Positions 18,356-31,370 of a DNA stretch of 64,000 bases are shown in pieces. The stretch is from contig JBEDDM010000001.1 of assembly GCA_041176225.1 (NCBI GenBank), positions 20,405 through 84,404 of the forward strand, given 5' to 3'. Numbering within the stretch: position 1 is the stretch's first letter; every line of letters starts with the position of its first letter. A program made the position numbers and the translations under genes. Under the pieces are notes generated by a model. It was not told the DNA's origin. It saw only the letters and a list, made by a program, of their open reading frames with translations, and did no database searches. The stretch is from Chloroflexota bacterium (GTDB lineage Bacteria; Chloroflexota; Limnocylindria; Limnocylindrales; Limnocylindraceae).

Positions 18356-21076
18356 CTATGCCCCGTGGCACTTCTTGAACTTCTTCCCCGAGCCACACGG
18401 ACAGGCGTCGTTTCGACCCGCCTTCATTGAGGGTGTTGTCGTAGCGGATGCAGACGGAGTGGCAACCGCCGCCTCAGAGCTCCCACCAACGGTCTTCACG
18501 GCTACGGGCGTAGGTGCGCGCTGCGCTTGCACGAGGCTGACGCGCAAGACGGCACGGCCAATGCTGACGCGAATGAGCGACTGAAACTCTTCGTACAGTT
18601 TGAATGCTTCAATCTTGAAGGCGTTGAGCGGGTCAACCTGCGCATGTCCACGCAGCCCGATACCGCGGCGAAGATCATCAACCTCAGTAAGGTGCTCCAC
18701 CCAGAGCTGATCAATGCTGCGCAGGATGACGGCGCGCTCTACGCGCGGCCAGAGCTCTTCACCAACCTCAACCGCCTTCTTCTCAAGTGCAGCATCCGCT
18801 GCGGCGTCCACCGCCTCATACAAGAGTGAGTCTTCAACAAGGGTGTCGAGCGATGCAGGCGGCTCAATGCCGAGGCGCTTCAGTTCTGTGGCGAGCGCGC
18901 TGCGGTTCCACTCACCAGTGAGCCCCGGTGGACAGTGGGTGACGGCGAGTGCGCGTACTTCACCGTGCAGCGCATCTTGGATGGTGAGGGTGAGGTTTTC
19001 GCCGCGGAGCACTCGATCGCGTTCGCCATAGACCGTGGCACGCTGCATGTTGATAACGTCGTCAAACTCTACGACGCGCTTTCGGATATCAAAGTTGTAC
19101 CCCTCAACGCGCGTCTGCGCCCCTTCAATGGTGCGACTCACCATTGTGGATTCAAGCGCCTGACTCTCGTCAAATCCGAGTCGATCCATCAGGCCGACGA
19201 CACGTTCACCGGCGAAGCGCTTCATTAGATCGTCTTCAAGGGAGAGGTAGAAGCGCGAGGAGCCAGGGTCACCCTGTCGTCCCGCTCGCCCTCGCAACTG
19301 GTTGTCAATGCGGCGTGATTCGTGCCGCTCGGTGCCGACAATGCGCAAGCCACCTGCGGCAAGCACAACCTCGCGCTCGGATGCGCAAGTGCGCTCAGCG
19401 TCGGCGAGTGCTGCGGCGTAGGTCTCTGGATCTACTTCGGCGGGGTTCAAGCCTTTGATGCGGAGGGCTTCAGAGGCGAGACCAGCTGGGTCTCCACCAA
19501 GCTTGATGTCTGTTCCGCGACCGGCCATGTTGGTGGCGATCGTGACGGTTCCTGGTCGCCCCGCCTGCGCAACCACAGGCGCTTCGCGTTCATGCTGCTT
19601 TGCGTTCAGGACGTTGTGCGCGACACCCTCACGTTTCAACATTGCGGCGAGGTGCTCCGAGCGTTCAACAGATGTGGTGCCAACGAGCACCGGCTGGCCA
19701 GCCGCGCTCCGCTCCTTGATGTGCGCAACGATCGCCGCATCTTTCGCGCGGACGGTGCGGTAGACAAGATCAGGTTCATCCACGCGGATCATTGGGCGAT
19801 GTGTTGGAATAGATGTCACGTCAAGGCTGTAGATCTTGCTGAACTCTTCCGCCTCCGTCATGGCGGTACCCGTCATTCCGGCGAGCTTCTTGTAGAGGCG
19901 GAAGTAATTCTGGAAGGTGATCGTGGCCATCGTGACCGATTCACGCTGGACGCGGAGCCCCTCTTTCGCCTCAACCGCTTGATGAAGTCCTTCGGACCAG
20001 CGGCGGCCTGGCATCTTGCGTCCTGTGAATTCGTCCACGATGACAATCTCACCGTCTTCAATGATGTAATCACGATCACGCTTAAAGAGTGCGTGTGCGC
20101 GAAGTGCCGACTCAAAGTGTCGGGCCATCAGCGGGTCGCCGCTGTAGAGGTTCTCTACACCGAGCGCCTTCTCAATCTTCGAGACACCCTCTTCCGTTGG
20201 TGAAACCGCCTTATCTTTCGCATCAACAAAATAGTCACCACCCTCAAGCGCGCCAGCCGGACGCTCCTTGAGGCGAGGGACAAGTTTCGCGAAGACTTGG
20301 TAGAGGTCCTGCGATTCGGCGGCCTGGCCACTGATGATGAGTGGCGTCCTGGCCTCGTCAATGAGGATGTTGTCCACCTCGTCCACGATCGCGAAGGCGT
20401 GACCACGCTGCGCCCGAGCTTCGAGCTCGGTGACCATGTTGTCTCGCAGGTAGTCGAAGCCGAACTCGTTGTTCGTGCCGTAGGTGACGTCGGCGGCGTA
20501 CGCCTCCCTCCGCGTAACGGGGCGCAGGCGCGCCGTGCGCTCTTCGCCGCTGCTGAACTCAGCGTCGTAGAGATACGAGGCGTCGTGCGTGATGACGCCG
20601 AGCGAGATGCCGAGAAAGGAGAAGAGTGGGCCCATCCACTGCGCGTCGCGTCGCGCCAGGTAGTCGTTGACGGTGATGACGTGTACGCCGTCGCCTGTGA
20701 GGGCGTTCGCGGCAGCGGCGAGCGGAGCGACGAGCGTCTTCCCTTCGCCAGTGCGCATCTCTGGAATCTTTCCTTGATGAAGGACGATCGCGCCAAGGAT
20801 CTGCACGTCGTACGGGCGTAGACCGATCGTGCGCTTTGCCGCCTCGCGAGCGGCGGCCAGGATCTCTGGGAGCACCTCTTCAAGTCGCTGCTTCTGATCG
20901 TCGCCGCTTCGCGCTCGCAGGTCTGCCGCGATCGCCTCCATCCGCCCGCGAATCTCTTCGGCGCTTGTTGACTCCATCTCGTCGGCACGCGCGTTGACGG
21001 CGTCAAGGATTGGCGCGAGCCGTTTGAGCTCGCGGTCGTTGGAGTCAACAAGACGTGAGAGGAAGCCGAACACCAC
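18356..21076 (-). CDS. secA: Preprotein translocase ATPase SecA
   Basis: 906 aa; DEAD-like motor motifs and a C-terminal zinc finger CPCGSGKKFKKCHG. Confidence 0.97.
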   Translation of the reverse strand: MVFGFLSRLVDSNDRELKRLAPILDAVNARADEMESTSAEEIRGRMEAIAADLRARSGDDQKQRLEEVLPEILAAAREAAKRTIGLRPYDVQILGAIVLHQGKIPEMRTGEGKTLVAPLAAAANALTGDGVHVITVNDYLARRDAQWMGPLFSFLGISLGVITHDASYLYDAEFSSGEERTARLRPVTRREAYAADVTYGTNNEFGFDYLRDNMVTELEARAQRGHAFAIVDEVDNILIDEARTPLIISGQAAESQDLYQVFAKLVPRLKERPAGALEGGDYFVDAKDKAVSPTEEGVSKIEKALGVENLYSGDPLMARHFESALRAHALFKRDRDYIIEDGEIVIVDEFTGRKMPGRRWSEGLHQAVEAKEGLRVQRESVTMATITFQNYFRLYKKLAGMTGTAMTEAEEFSKIYSLDVTSIPTHRPMIRVDEPDLVYRTVRAKDAAIVAHIKERSAAGQPVLVGTTSVERSEHLAAMLKREGVAHNVLNAKQHEREAPVVAQAGRPGTVTIATNMAGRGTDIKLGGDPAGLASEALRIKGLNPAEVDPETYAAALADAERTCASEREVVLAAGGLRIVGTERHESRRIDNQLRGRAGRQGDPGSSRFYLSLEDDLMKRFAGERVVGLMDRLGFDESQALESTMVSRTIEGAQTRVEGYNFDIRKRVVEFDDVINMQRATVYGERDRVLRGENLTLTIQDALHGEVRALAVTHCPPGLTGEWNRSALATELKRLGIEPPASLDTLVEDSLLYEAVDAAADAALEKKAVEVGEELWPRVERAVILRSIDQLWVEHLTEVDDLRRGIGLRGHAQVDPLNAFKIEAFKLYEEFQSLIRVSIGRAVLRVSLVQAQRAPTPVAVKTVGGSSEAAVATPSASATTTPSMKAGRNDACPCGSGKKFKKCHGA

Positions 21077-21085
21077 GAGCGAGCC

Positions 21086-21319
21086 TTAGCGCCAGAAGCC
21101 GGAGCCGTACCCCAGCATCAGGATTCCAAAAGTAATGATGCCGAGGACGAGCCAGTAGATGACGCTCGCAGGGCGACTCGTTGGATTCATTTCAGGATTC
21201 TTGAGCGGTGCAGCGTTCCAGCGCGGACTCTTCAGGGTCGCGCGCCAATCTGCGCGCCTCTCTGGTGCGTGTGAGGTGATCACGCCACGCTCATCCGGAC
21301 GGTGCAGCTTCAGTGTCAC
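21086..21319 (-). CDS. Small C-terminally membrane-anchored protein, unknown function
   Basis: 77-aa ORF; basic N-terminus and one C-terminal TM helix (VIYWLVLGIITFGILMLGYG); 3-nt gap after prs. Confidence 0.4.
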   Translation of the reverse strand: MTLKLHRPDERGVITSHAPERRADWRATLKSPRWNAAPLKNPEMNPTSRPASVIYWLVLGIITFGILMLGYGSGFWR

Positions 21320-21321
21320 GG

Positions 21322-22386
21322 CTACTTTGCGCGTCGCTTTGCGCCCGCGACTCCAATCGCCGCGCGGCCGTTCCCATTTGCTGCTGACGGGAGGCCAGCA
21401 TGCTCGCCATCCCAGAAGACCATCTCTTCAGCCATGGATGCCTCTTTGCCGAAGAGGGCACCGACAGATTCACCGAGATGGATGCGCTTGATCGCTTCGC
21501 CGAAGAGTGGAGCAGAGGAGAGGCGCTTGATCTTTGGACTACTCACTCCAGCAGGCATTGGGATGGAGTCGGTGACGATCACCTCTTGCACAGTTGATGC
21601 ATCAATGCGCTCGATTGCAGGGCCAGAGAAGACACCGTGCGTTGCGCATGCAATCACTTCGATCGCGCCGGCCTTCTCAATGGCGCGAACGGTCTCCGTC
21701 AACGTACCCGCCGTGTCAATCTCGTCGTCAACAATCACGACTCGCTTCCCCTTCACATCACCGATGACGTTCAGGACCTCGGCATGATCATCATTCCCTT
21801 CGCGTCGCTTTTCGACGATCGCGAGCGGTGCATCAAGAAGTTCTGCAAAGGTGCGCGCACGCTTTGCGAAACCAAGGTCTGTCACAACGGCAAGGTTCTC
21901 AGTCCCCTTCTGCCTGATGTAGTTGGAGAGCATGTGCACTGCGGTGAGTTCATCAACGGGCACGTTGAAGAATCCCTGGAGCTGTCCTTGGTGAAGGTCC
22001 ATCGTGAGGATTCGGTTTGCGCCAGCAACTTGCAGCATGTCTGCCACGAGTCGGGCGGTGATCGGCACACGCGGCTGATCTTTCTTGTCTGATCGTCCAT
22101 ATCCGTAGTACGGGATCACGGCGGTGATGCGTCCGGCAGAGGCGCGCTTGAATGCGTCAATCATGATCAGCAGCTCCATGATGGAGGTGCTCACTGGCCG
22201 CGATGTCGGCTGAACAATGAAGACGTCTTTTTCACGCGCGTTATCAAGGATCTTCACGAAGATGTTCTCGTTGGCGAAGGCGAACACTTCAGCCTTGCCG
22301 AGTTCGCGGCCGAGGTAGCGTGCAATCTTGCTCGCAAGCTCCGGGTTTGCGTTCCCCGTATAGACGTCGATCGAATCTGCTCTCAT
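21322..22386 (-). CDS. prs: Ribose-phosphate pyrophosphokinase (PRPP synthetase), with a ~40-aa C-terminal extension
   Basis: N-terminal PRS domain and PRPP-binding loop (…VVIVDDEIDTAGTL…). The extra tail …GKEASMAEEMVFWDGEHAGLPSAANGNGRAAIGVAGAKRRAK lies beyond the usual end. Confidence 0.9.
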   Translation of the reverse strand: MRADSIDVYTGNANPELASKIARYLGRELGKAEVFAFANENIFVKILDNAREKDVFIVQPTSRPVSTSIMELLIMIDAFKRASAGRITAVIPYYGYGRSDKKDQPRVPITARLVADMLQVAGANRILTMDLHQGQLQGFFNVPVDELTAVHMLSNYIRQKGTENLAVVTDLGFAKRARTFAELLDAPLAIVEKRREGNDDHAEVLNVIGDVKGKRVVIVDDEIDTAGTLTETVRAIEKAGAIEVIACATHGVFSGPAIERIDASTVQEVIVTDSIPMPAGVSSPKIKRLSSAPLFGEAIKRIHLGESVGALFGKEASMAEEMVFWDGEHAGLPSAANGNGRAAIGVAGAKRRAK

Positions 22387-22402
22387 CGCCGTCCTCCGAT
22401 CC

Positions 22403-25141
22403 CTATCGCCGCTTGGTAGGTTTCGTCGTTGTCGTCTTCGCCGTCTTCGCCTTCACCTTAGCCGCTGGCTTCGCCTTCCCTTTGGATACGGTCTTAGGTG
22501 CCGCTTTGGCCGTGACCTTTGCAACTTTCGCACGAGGGGGACTGGCCTCCCCCTCAGGGGCCTCCTCATTCTCGCCGTCGGCGTCGCGCTTTGCTAGCCC
22601 CGTGCGGAAGGCGGCGATCCCCGCCACCTTATCCCCCTCACGGAGGGACATCACGCGTACACCCTGGGAGCTGCCGTCATTACGGGTGGCGATCGATTCG
22701 AGCTTTGTGCGCACCACCTGCCCCTCAGCGCTGATCAGGATGACCTCTTCGTCGGCCTCGCTCACCTGGCGAACGGCGACCACAGGCCCGGTCTTGCGAC
22801 CCTCAAGAGGGATGAGCCGAACGCCCTGGGTGCCGCGGTGCTTGCGGCTGAATGCTCCAACCGGGACGCGCTTTCCGAAGCCGGTCTCGGTGAGGACAAG
22901 GAGGTCGGCTCCAGGCTCCACCACCGCCGCGGCCACCACAAGGTCTCCCTGTCGAGCGATGCGGATGCCAATGACGCCGCCAGCGGAGCGCCCCATCGGT
23001 CGCGCCTCCTTCTCATGGAAGCGGCAGATGCGACCCTGTCGCGTGGCGAGCACAATGTCGTCTTCACCAGATGTTGGGATCACTTGCGCAAGCTCATCGC
23101 CCTTATCAAGGGTGATCGCGATGATTCCCGACGAGCGCACCTTCTCAAACTGCTCGAGCGCCGTCTTCTTGATGACACCCTTCTTTGTGGAGAAGGCGAG
23201 GTAGCCACCCGCACTGAAGTTCTGCAAGATCACCGTTGCAACCGGGACTTCGCCGGACTCAACCTGTACGCCAGGAAGATTGACGATCGGGATCCCCTTG
23301 TTCTGACGCGACGCGTCTGGAATCTCGTGCACCTTTGTGCTGAAGCAGCGACCCTTATTCGTGAAGAAGAAGGCCCAGTCGTGCGTGTTCGCGACCTGGA
23401 GCGACTTCACTGCGTCCTCTTCGCGGGTTGTCATCCCGCGCACGCCCTTCCCGCCGCGATGCTGCTGGCGGTATGCGGTGAGCGGCTGGCGCTTGATGTA
23501 GCCACGACCACTGATCGTGATCACCACGTCTTCGTCGGCAATGAGATCTTCATCAGACATTTCGCGGGTTGCATCTTGGGCAATTCGCGTGCGGCGCTTG
23601 TCGCCGAACTTCTCCTTCATCTTCGCGTACTCCGCCGCAATGATCTTGGAGACGCGCTTTGGATTGGCGAGGATATCTTGCAGCTCCTTGATCAGCGCGA
23701 GCACTTCCAAGTACTCGTCTTCGATCTTCTTGCGCTCGAGTGCGGCGAGCCGCGCGAGTCGCATGTCGAGGATCGCCTGCGCCTGCAGCTCGCTGAGTTT
23801 GAATTTGGCCATCAACTGTTCGCGTGCAACATCAACATCTGCGGCGGCGCGGATCGTCTTGATCACTGCATCAAGGTTGTCCAGCGCAATCTTGAGGCCT
23901 TCCAAGATGTGCGCGCGCTCTTGTGCCTTCTTCAGTTCAAACTCGGTGCGGCGGCGAACGATGATGCGGCGGTGTTCAATGTGGTGTTGCAGCACCGACT
24001 TAAGTGAGAGCGTCTGCGGCTGTCCATCAACCAGCGCGAGCATGTTCATGCTGAACGCGGCGCGGAGTGGCGTGAGCTTCAGCAACTTGTTGAGCACCTT
24101 GTGCGGATTACCGTCTCGCTTTACTTCAACGTAGATGCGCATTCCGTCGCGGTCTGATTCGTCGCGGAGATCGGAGATCCCTTCAATACGCCCCTCTTTC
24201 ACGAGGTCGGCGATCTTCTCAACGAGTGTTGCCTTGTTTACCTGGTATGGGAGCTCATGAATGATGATTGCGGTGCGATCACCGCGTGCCTCTTCGAAGC
24301 TCGTCTTCCCTTCCACAACAACACGTCCGCGACCGTGCGCGTACATCTGTCGGATCGCGTCCACGCGCTCCGACTTTCCGGTGAGTGGATTCTTGACATT
24401 GTCGTAGCGGTAGAGGACGCCGCCTGTTGGGAAGTCCGGCGCAAGGACGAGCGCACTCAACTCTTCGGCGGTGAGTTGTGGGTTTTCGACGAGAGCGATC
24501 GCGGCGTCGGCAATCTCGCCAAGGTTGTGCGGCGGAATGTTTGTTGCCATTCCAACGGCGATTCCTGCAGAACCGTTGACGAGAAGGTTTGGCATGCGCG
24601 ATGGGAGGACGCTCGGCTCCTTCTGCGTGCCGTCGTAGTTTGGCGTGAAGTCAACAGTGTCGTGATCGATGTCGGCGAGCATCTCGCCTGCGATGGCGGT
24701 GAGTCGTGCCTCGGTGTATCGCATTGCAGCGGCGGAGTCGCCGTCAACGGATCCGAAGTTTCCCTGACCATCAACGAGTGGATGGCGCATGGAGAAGTCC
24801 TGCGCCAGGCGGACAAGCGCGTCATAAAGAGCGCCGTCGCCGTGTGGATGGTACTTACCCATGACCTCACCGACGATCGCGGCGCACTTGCGATACGCGG
24901 AGCCTCCAGAGAGGCCCATCTCGCCCATGGTGTAGAGGATGCGGCGGTGAACGGGCTTGAGGCCGTCACGCACGTCTGGAAGGGCGCGGGCCACGATCAC
25001 GCTCATGGCGTAATCGAGGTAGCTCGTGCGCATCTCGTCTTCAATGCGGATCGACTTCACGCTGGTGACGCTCACGCCGCCCGGGCTGATCCCGTCTGCG
25101 CCGTTATCTACCGGACCCTTCCCTGTTGGACCCTTCGCCAT
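22403..25141 (-). CDS. gyrA: DNA gyrase subunit A, with a Lys/Ala-rich C-terminal tail
   Basis: 912 aa; active-site region …[10 protein letters not shown]…; GyrA-box beta-pinwheel repeats; tail …[42 protein letters not shown]. Confidence 0.97.
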   Translation of the reverse strand: MAKGPTGKGPVDNGADGISPGGVSVTSVKSIRIEDEMRTSYLDYAMSVIVARALPDVRDGLKPVHRRILYTMGEMGLSGGSAYRKCAAIVGEVMGKYHPHGDGALYDALVRLAQDFSMRHPLVDGQGNFGSVDGDSAAAMRYTEARLTAIAGEMLADIDHDTVDFTPNYDGTQKEPSVLPSRMPNLLVNGSAGIAVGMATNIPPHNLGEIADAAIALVENPQLTAEELSALVLAPDFPTGGVLYRYDNVKNPLTGKSERVDAIRQMYAHGRGRVVVEGKTSFEEARGDRTAIIIHELPYQVNKATLVEKIADLVKEGRIEGISDLRDESDRDGMRIYVEVKRDGNPHKVLNKLLKLTPLRAAFSMNMLALVDGQPQTLSLKSVLQHHIEHRRIIVRRRTEFELKKAQERAHILEGLKIALDNLDAVIKTIRAAADVDVAREQLMAKFKLSELQAQAILDMRLARLAALERKKIEDEYLEVLALIKELQDILANPKRVSKIIAAEYAKMKEKFGDKRRTRIAQDATREMSDEDLIADEDVVITISGRGYIKRQPLTAYRQQHRGGKGVRGMTTREEDAVKSLQVANTHDWAFFFTNKGRCFSTKVHEIPDASRQNKGIPIVNLPGVQVESGEVPVATVILQNFSAGGYLAFSTKKGVIKKTALEQFEKVRSSGIIAITLDKGDELAQVIPTSGEDDIVLATRQGRICRFHEKEARPMGRSAGGVIGIRIARQGDLVVAAAVVEPGADLLVLTETGFGKRVPVGAFSRKHRGTQGVRLIPLEGRKTGPVVAVRQVSEADEEVILISAEGQVVRTKLESIATRNDGSSQGVRVMSLREGDKVAGIAAFRTGLAKRDADGENEEAPEGEASPPRAKVAKVTAKAAPKTVSKGKAKPAAKVKAKTAKTTTTKPTKRR

Positions 25142-25198
25142 CTCGTCACCTCCTTTCTTGTGTGCAATGTCTGGGCTGGTTTGATGTGATTCGTTTGA

Positions 25199-28065
<2,867 letters not shown>

Positions 28066-28084
28066 GGTCAAACCCCCCTGCTCC

Positions 28085-28921
28085 TCACGCCGCACTCCCA
28101 AAGACGCGGGTTGCGAACTCGCTTGCCGCCTGAGCATACGACTCTGCGCCGGAACTCCCTGGTGCGTAGCTCCGAATTGAAATGCCATGGCTCGGCGCCT
28201 CGGCGAGGCGCACGGAGCGGGGCACTCGAGCGCGGTAGACGAGCTCCCCAAAGTGACTCTCCACCTCTCGCACCACATCTCCGCCGAGCTTGGTGCGTGG
28301 GTCAAGCATAGTGAGTAGGAAGCCGTTGACCTCTAGATCCGGGTTGAGGCGATCACGGACAAGGCGGATCGTTGCCATCAACTGGGAGAGGCCTTCGAGC
28401 GCGTAGTATTCGCACTGCACGGGGACGAGCACCGAATCTGCCACCGCAAAGGCGCTGATTGTTACTAAACCGAGGGACGGAGGGGTGTCCACGAGCACAA
28501 CTTCCGCCTCGCCAGCCAGTCGCAGGCCCGCAGCAAGTTGGCGCTCCCCGGTCTCATCTCCTGCCGCGAGCTCAACGTCAATCCCCGCGAGGTCGGCGGA
28601 CCCTGGAATGAGGCTGAGGTTCGGGATGGAGGTCGGCTGGGCCAGCTCGTGAGCTGGACGGCGCCCAAGGAGGAGGTCGTAGGCGGTTGGGGCACCTTGC
28701 GGTGTAACAAAGCCGAGGCCACTGGTGAGGTTGCGCTGGGGGTCAAGGTCGACGACAAGGACTTTGTGCCCTGCGTGGGCGAGCTCCGCGGCAAGATTGA
28801 GCACGGTGGTGGTCTTCCCCACACCACCCTTCTGGTTGGCACAGACAATGACCTGCGCACGGCCGAGGTTCCTTGGTTCTATGACCTCTCCCACAGGTTG
28901 AGTGTAGCAGGAGGGGCTCAC
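28085..28921 (-). CDS. parA: Chromosome partitioning ATPase ParA/Soj
   Basis: Deviant Walker A KGGVGKTT; 278 aa. Confidence 0.9.
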   Translation of the reverse strand: MSPSCYTQPVGEVIEPRNLGRAQVIVCANQKGGVGKTTTVLNLAAELAHAGHKVLVVDLDPQRNLTSGLGFVTPQGAPTAYDLLLGRRPAHELAQPTSIPNLSLIPGSADLAGIDVELAAGDETGERQLAAGLRLAGEAEVVLVDTPPSLGLVTISAFAVADSVLVPVQCEYYALEGLSQLMATIRLVRDRLNPDLEVNGFLLTMLDPRTKLGGDVVREVESHFGELVYRARVPRSVRLAEAPSHGISIRSYAPGSSGAESYAQAASEFATRVFGSAA

Positions 28922-28943
28922 TCAGCCCAGCGGCGCGTTTCAC

Positions 28944-29471
28944 GTGGAACAGGAGTATCCTCACCCCATGGTAAACCGCAGCACGCTCCTCTTCGTCGTG
29001 CTCATCACGAGCGCGCTGGTTCAGGCACGCCTCTTTCCAGAGGTTGGCCTTGACCGATGGATCAGCCTCCCGCTACTCCTCACCCTTCTTTACAGCACGC
29101 CGAGACGCCGCCCAGTCCTCATCGCCGCAGGTCTGATCGGGGGACTCTTGATTGACACCCTCCTCTGGCGACCCCTCGGCCTCACGTCTGCTGCGCTGAT
29201 TGCCGCCACACTCGTCGCGGCTAACGTCCGCGGTAGTGCCGCGCCCGGGTGGGTGAGGAGAAGCGCTGCCGGGCTCGTCGGTTTCGCTGCCGCAGAGCTG
29301 TTCCTCGCCCTTGCCGGAGGGCTGCTGGGTGAGTCCGGAGGGGCACGCGGCGAGGAAGAGCCACTTCGACTCCTGCTAAATGTTGCGCTGCTCATCCTTG
29401 CAGCGTTCATTGGCGCGCGACGCCGAGACGCGCAACTGCGAGAGCGGCCGCTCGATGATCGACTCGGATAA
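28944..29471 (+). CDS. MreD-like rod-shape membrane protein (small polytopic protein directly upstream of PBP2/rodA)
   Basis: 175-aa hydrophobic ORF, 4-5 predicted TM helices; position matches the mreD-mrdA-rodA convention. No mreB/mreC adjacent. Confidence 0.45.
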   Translation: MEQEYPHPMVNRSTLLFVVLITSALVQARLFPEVGLDRWISLPLLLTLLYSTPRRRPVLIAAGLIGGLLIDTLLWRPLGLTSAALIAATLVAANVRGSAAPGWVRRSAAGLVGFAAAELFLALAGGLLGESGGARGEEEPLRLLLNVALLILAAFIGARRRDAQLRERPLDDRLG

Positions 29472-29474
29472 CAC

Positions 29475-31364
29475 ATGAGCAGCACTCACGTAATTCGTCG
29501 ACCACTTCGCTACATCTCCGCCGTTGTCCTTACTGCGTTGATTGGCGGACTCCTCAGTGTGCGACTCGTTACGGTGCAAGCGAGCGGTGACGGCGCAGCG
29601 ACACGCAGTATCACGACACTGAGCGACGGTAACCGCATCATTGAAGAGATCATTGCACCACCACGCGGGCTGATCCTTGATCGCGCAGGTCGCGTCCTTG
29701 CAGAAAATATTGCAACGTACGCTGTGCAGATTCGACCAGGAGATTTACCGCTCACGATTCGACCAGGCGTGGTGAAGCGTCTTGCAGAGATCCTCAATAT
29801 TGATCCAGTGCGAATCACCATGACACTTGATCGCGCCACTGGATCTATTTGGGAACCTGTGCGCATTGCAAGCGTCGTTGATGAGCGCATCACACGATTC
29901 ATTGAAGAGGAGCGCGCCGCACTACCGGGCGTTGAGACGCTCTTTGAAGCACGACGTGCATACCCACTCGGAGAGCTAACGAGTCAAGTTGTGGGCTACG
30001 TTGGCCGCATTGATGCCCTTGAGCTAAGCGCACTCTCTGCAGCGGGATACAATGAACTTGATTACATCGGTCGCGCAGGTGTGGAGCAGAGTTATGAAGA
30101 GGTGCTGCGCGGCACGCCGGGCATTCGCCAAATTGAAATTGATGTCCAGGGGCGAGAGATCCGTGAACTTGGCGTCACTAAACTTCCAGTTGCTGGAAAG
30201 AGTGTGGTGTTGACGATTGATGCTGAGGCGCAGCAGCGGGCGTTTGATGCGCTTAGCTGGGGAGTGAAGGCAGCGGGAAACAAGCAGGGTGTAGTGACGA
30301 GCATGAACCCACAGAACGGCCAGATTATTGCAATGGTATCACTCCCCACCTATGACAACAATCTCTTCTCGGCGGGCATCACCACGGAGCAGTACCAGAA
30401 ATACCTTGACAACAAGAATGCTCCACTGCTGAACCATGCAACCGGATCCCACTTTCCGCCAGGGAGCACGTACAAGCTGGTGACCTTCTCGTGTGCGCTT
30501 GACGAAGGTGTTGTTCGGGAAGAGGAGACGCTCGCCTCCCTTCCATACCTAGAAGTTGGCGATCAGAAGTTCTACGAATGGAATCGTGCCGGATTTGGCC
30601 GCAGGCTCACCCCAGCGCAAGGCTTCTCGTATAGCTCGGCGGTTGTGACCTATCAGCTTGCGCAACGTCTGAAGATCGATCGGCTCGCCGACTGCGGAGG
30701 AGCGTGGGGCTTCGGACGTCCAACTGGCATTGATCTGCCGAACGAGATTGGCGGGCTGGTTCCAGATCAAGACTGGGCGCGAAGTGCGATCAGACGCACC
30801 CTATATGACGGTGAAGTGCTGCAATCGGCGCTCGGGCAGGGGTATGACCTCGCCACGCCGCTGCAGGTTCTGAACTCTTTTTCAGCGCTCGCAAACGGTG
30901 GGACACTCTGGAAGCCGCATGTCGTCCTTGAGATTCGCGAACCCGACGGGACGCTTGCTGAGACCAAGGCGCCTGTTGCTGCAGCGAGCGTTGAGATGCG
31001 AAACAGCACCATGACTGAGATGCGTCGGGCGTCGCGACTTGTGGTGACGAATGAGTTCATGACAAAGAATCTCGGGCAGATCCCCCTCTTTCTCACCGGG
31101 AAGACGGGGACGGCAGAGTACGGCGTGCGTGATAAGCAGGGCCGACTCCCGTACCACCACTGGATCTCAGGCTTTGTGGCCCCAACGAATGATTGGAGCC
31201 GCACCGACGCCGACTTCGCCTATGTGGTCTTCATGCACGGATCAAACACCGCCTCCAACGCAGCCATTGAGGTGCTCAAGCGGTACTTGCAGCTGCAGTA
31301 TGACTTCCCGCGCGACTATAGGATCCCAGGCGCAATGTCGATCGGAAACTACTATGGCGAGTAG
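29475..31364 (+). CDS. mrdA: Penicillin-binding protein 2 (elongation-specific peptidoglycan transpeptidase)
   Basis: 629 aa; N-terminal TM anchor, PBP dimerisation domain and transpeptidase motifs (STYK, SSN-like, KTGTA). Confidence 0.9.
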   Translation: MSSTHVIRRPLRYISAVVLTALIGGLLSVRLVTVQASGDGAATRSITTLSDGNRIIEEIIAPPRGLILDRAGRVLAENIATYAVQIRPGDLPLTIRPGVVKRLAEILNIDPVRITMTLDRATGSIWEPVRIASVVDERITRFIEEERAALPGVETLFEARRAYPLGELTSQVVGYVGRIDALELSALSAAGYNELDYIGRAGVEQSYEEVLRGTPGIRQIEIDVQGREIRELGVTKLPVAGKSVVLTIDAEAQQRAFDALSWGVKAAGNKQGVVTSMNPQNGQIIAMVSLPTYDNNLFSAGITTEQYQKYLDNKNAPLLNHATGSHFPPGSTYKLVTFSCALDEGVVREEETLASLPYLEVGDQKFYEWNRAGFGRRLTPAQGFSYSSAVVTYQLAQRLKIDRLADCGGAWGFGRPTGIDLPNEIGGLVPDQDWARSAIRRTLYDGEVLQSALGQGYDLATPLQVLNSFSALANGGTLWKPHVVLEIREPDGTLAETKAPVAAASVEMRNSTMTEMRRASRLVVTNEFMTKNLGQIPLFLTGKTGTAEYGVRDKQGRLPYHHWISGFVAPTNDWSRTDADFAYVVFMHGSNTASNAAIEVLKRYLQLQYDFPRDYRIPGAMSIGNYYGE

Positions 31365-31370
31365 GCGGCG

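Noticed and set aside
22838-24007. Long antisense or shadow ORFs inside gyrA, secA, ftsE and murA (22838-24007 +, 20155-21051 -, 19322-20203 +, 16514-17149 +, 47043-48212 -)
   Set aside because: Typical stop-codon-poor frames in high-GC DNA; the translations are low-complexity Arg/Ala/Ser-rich, while the opposite frame encodes well-conserved proteins.
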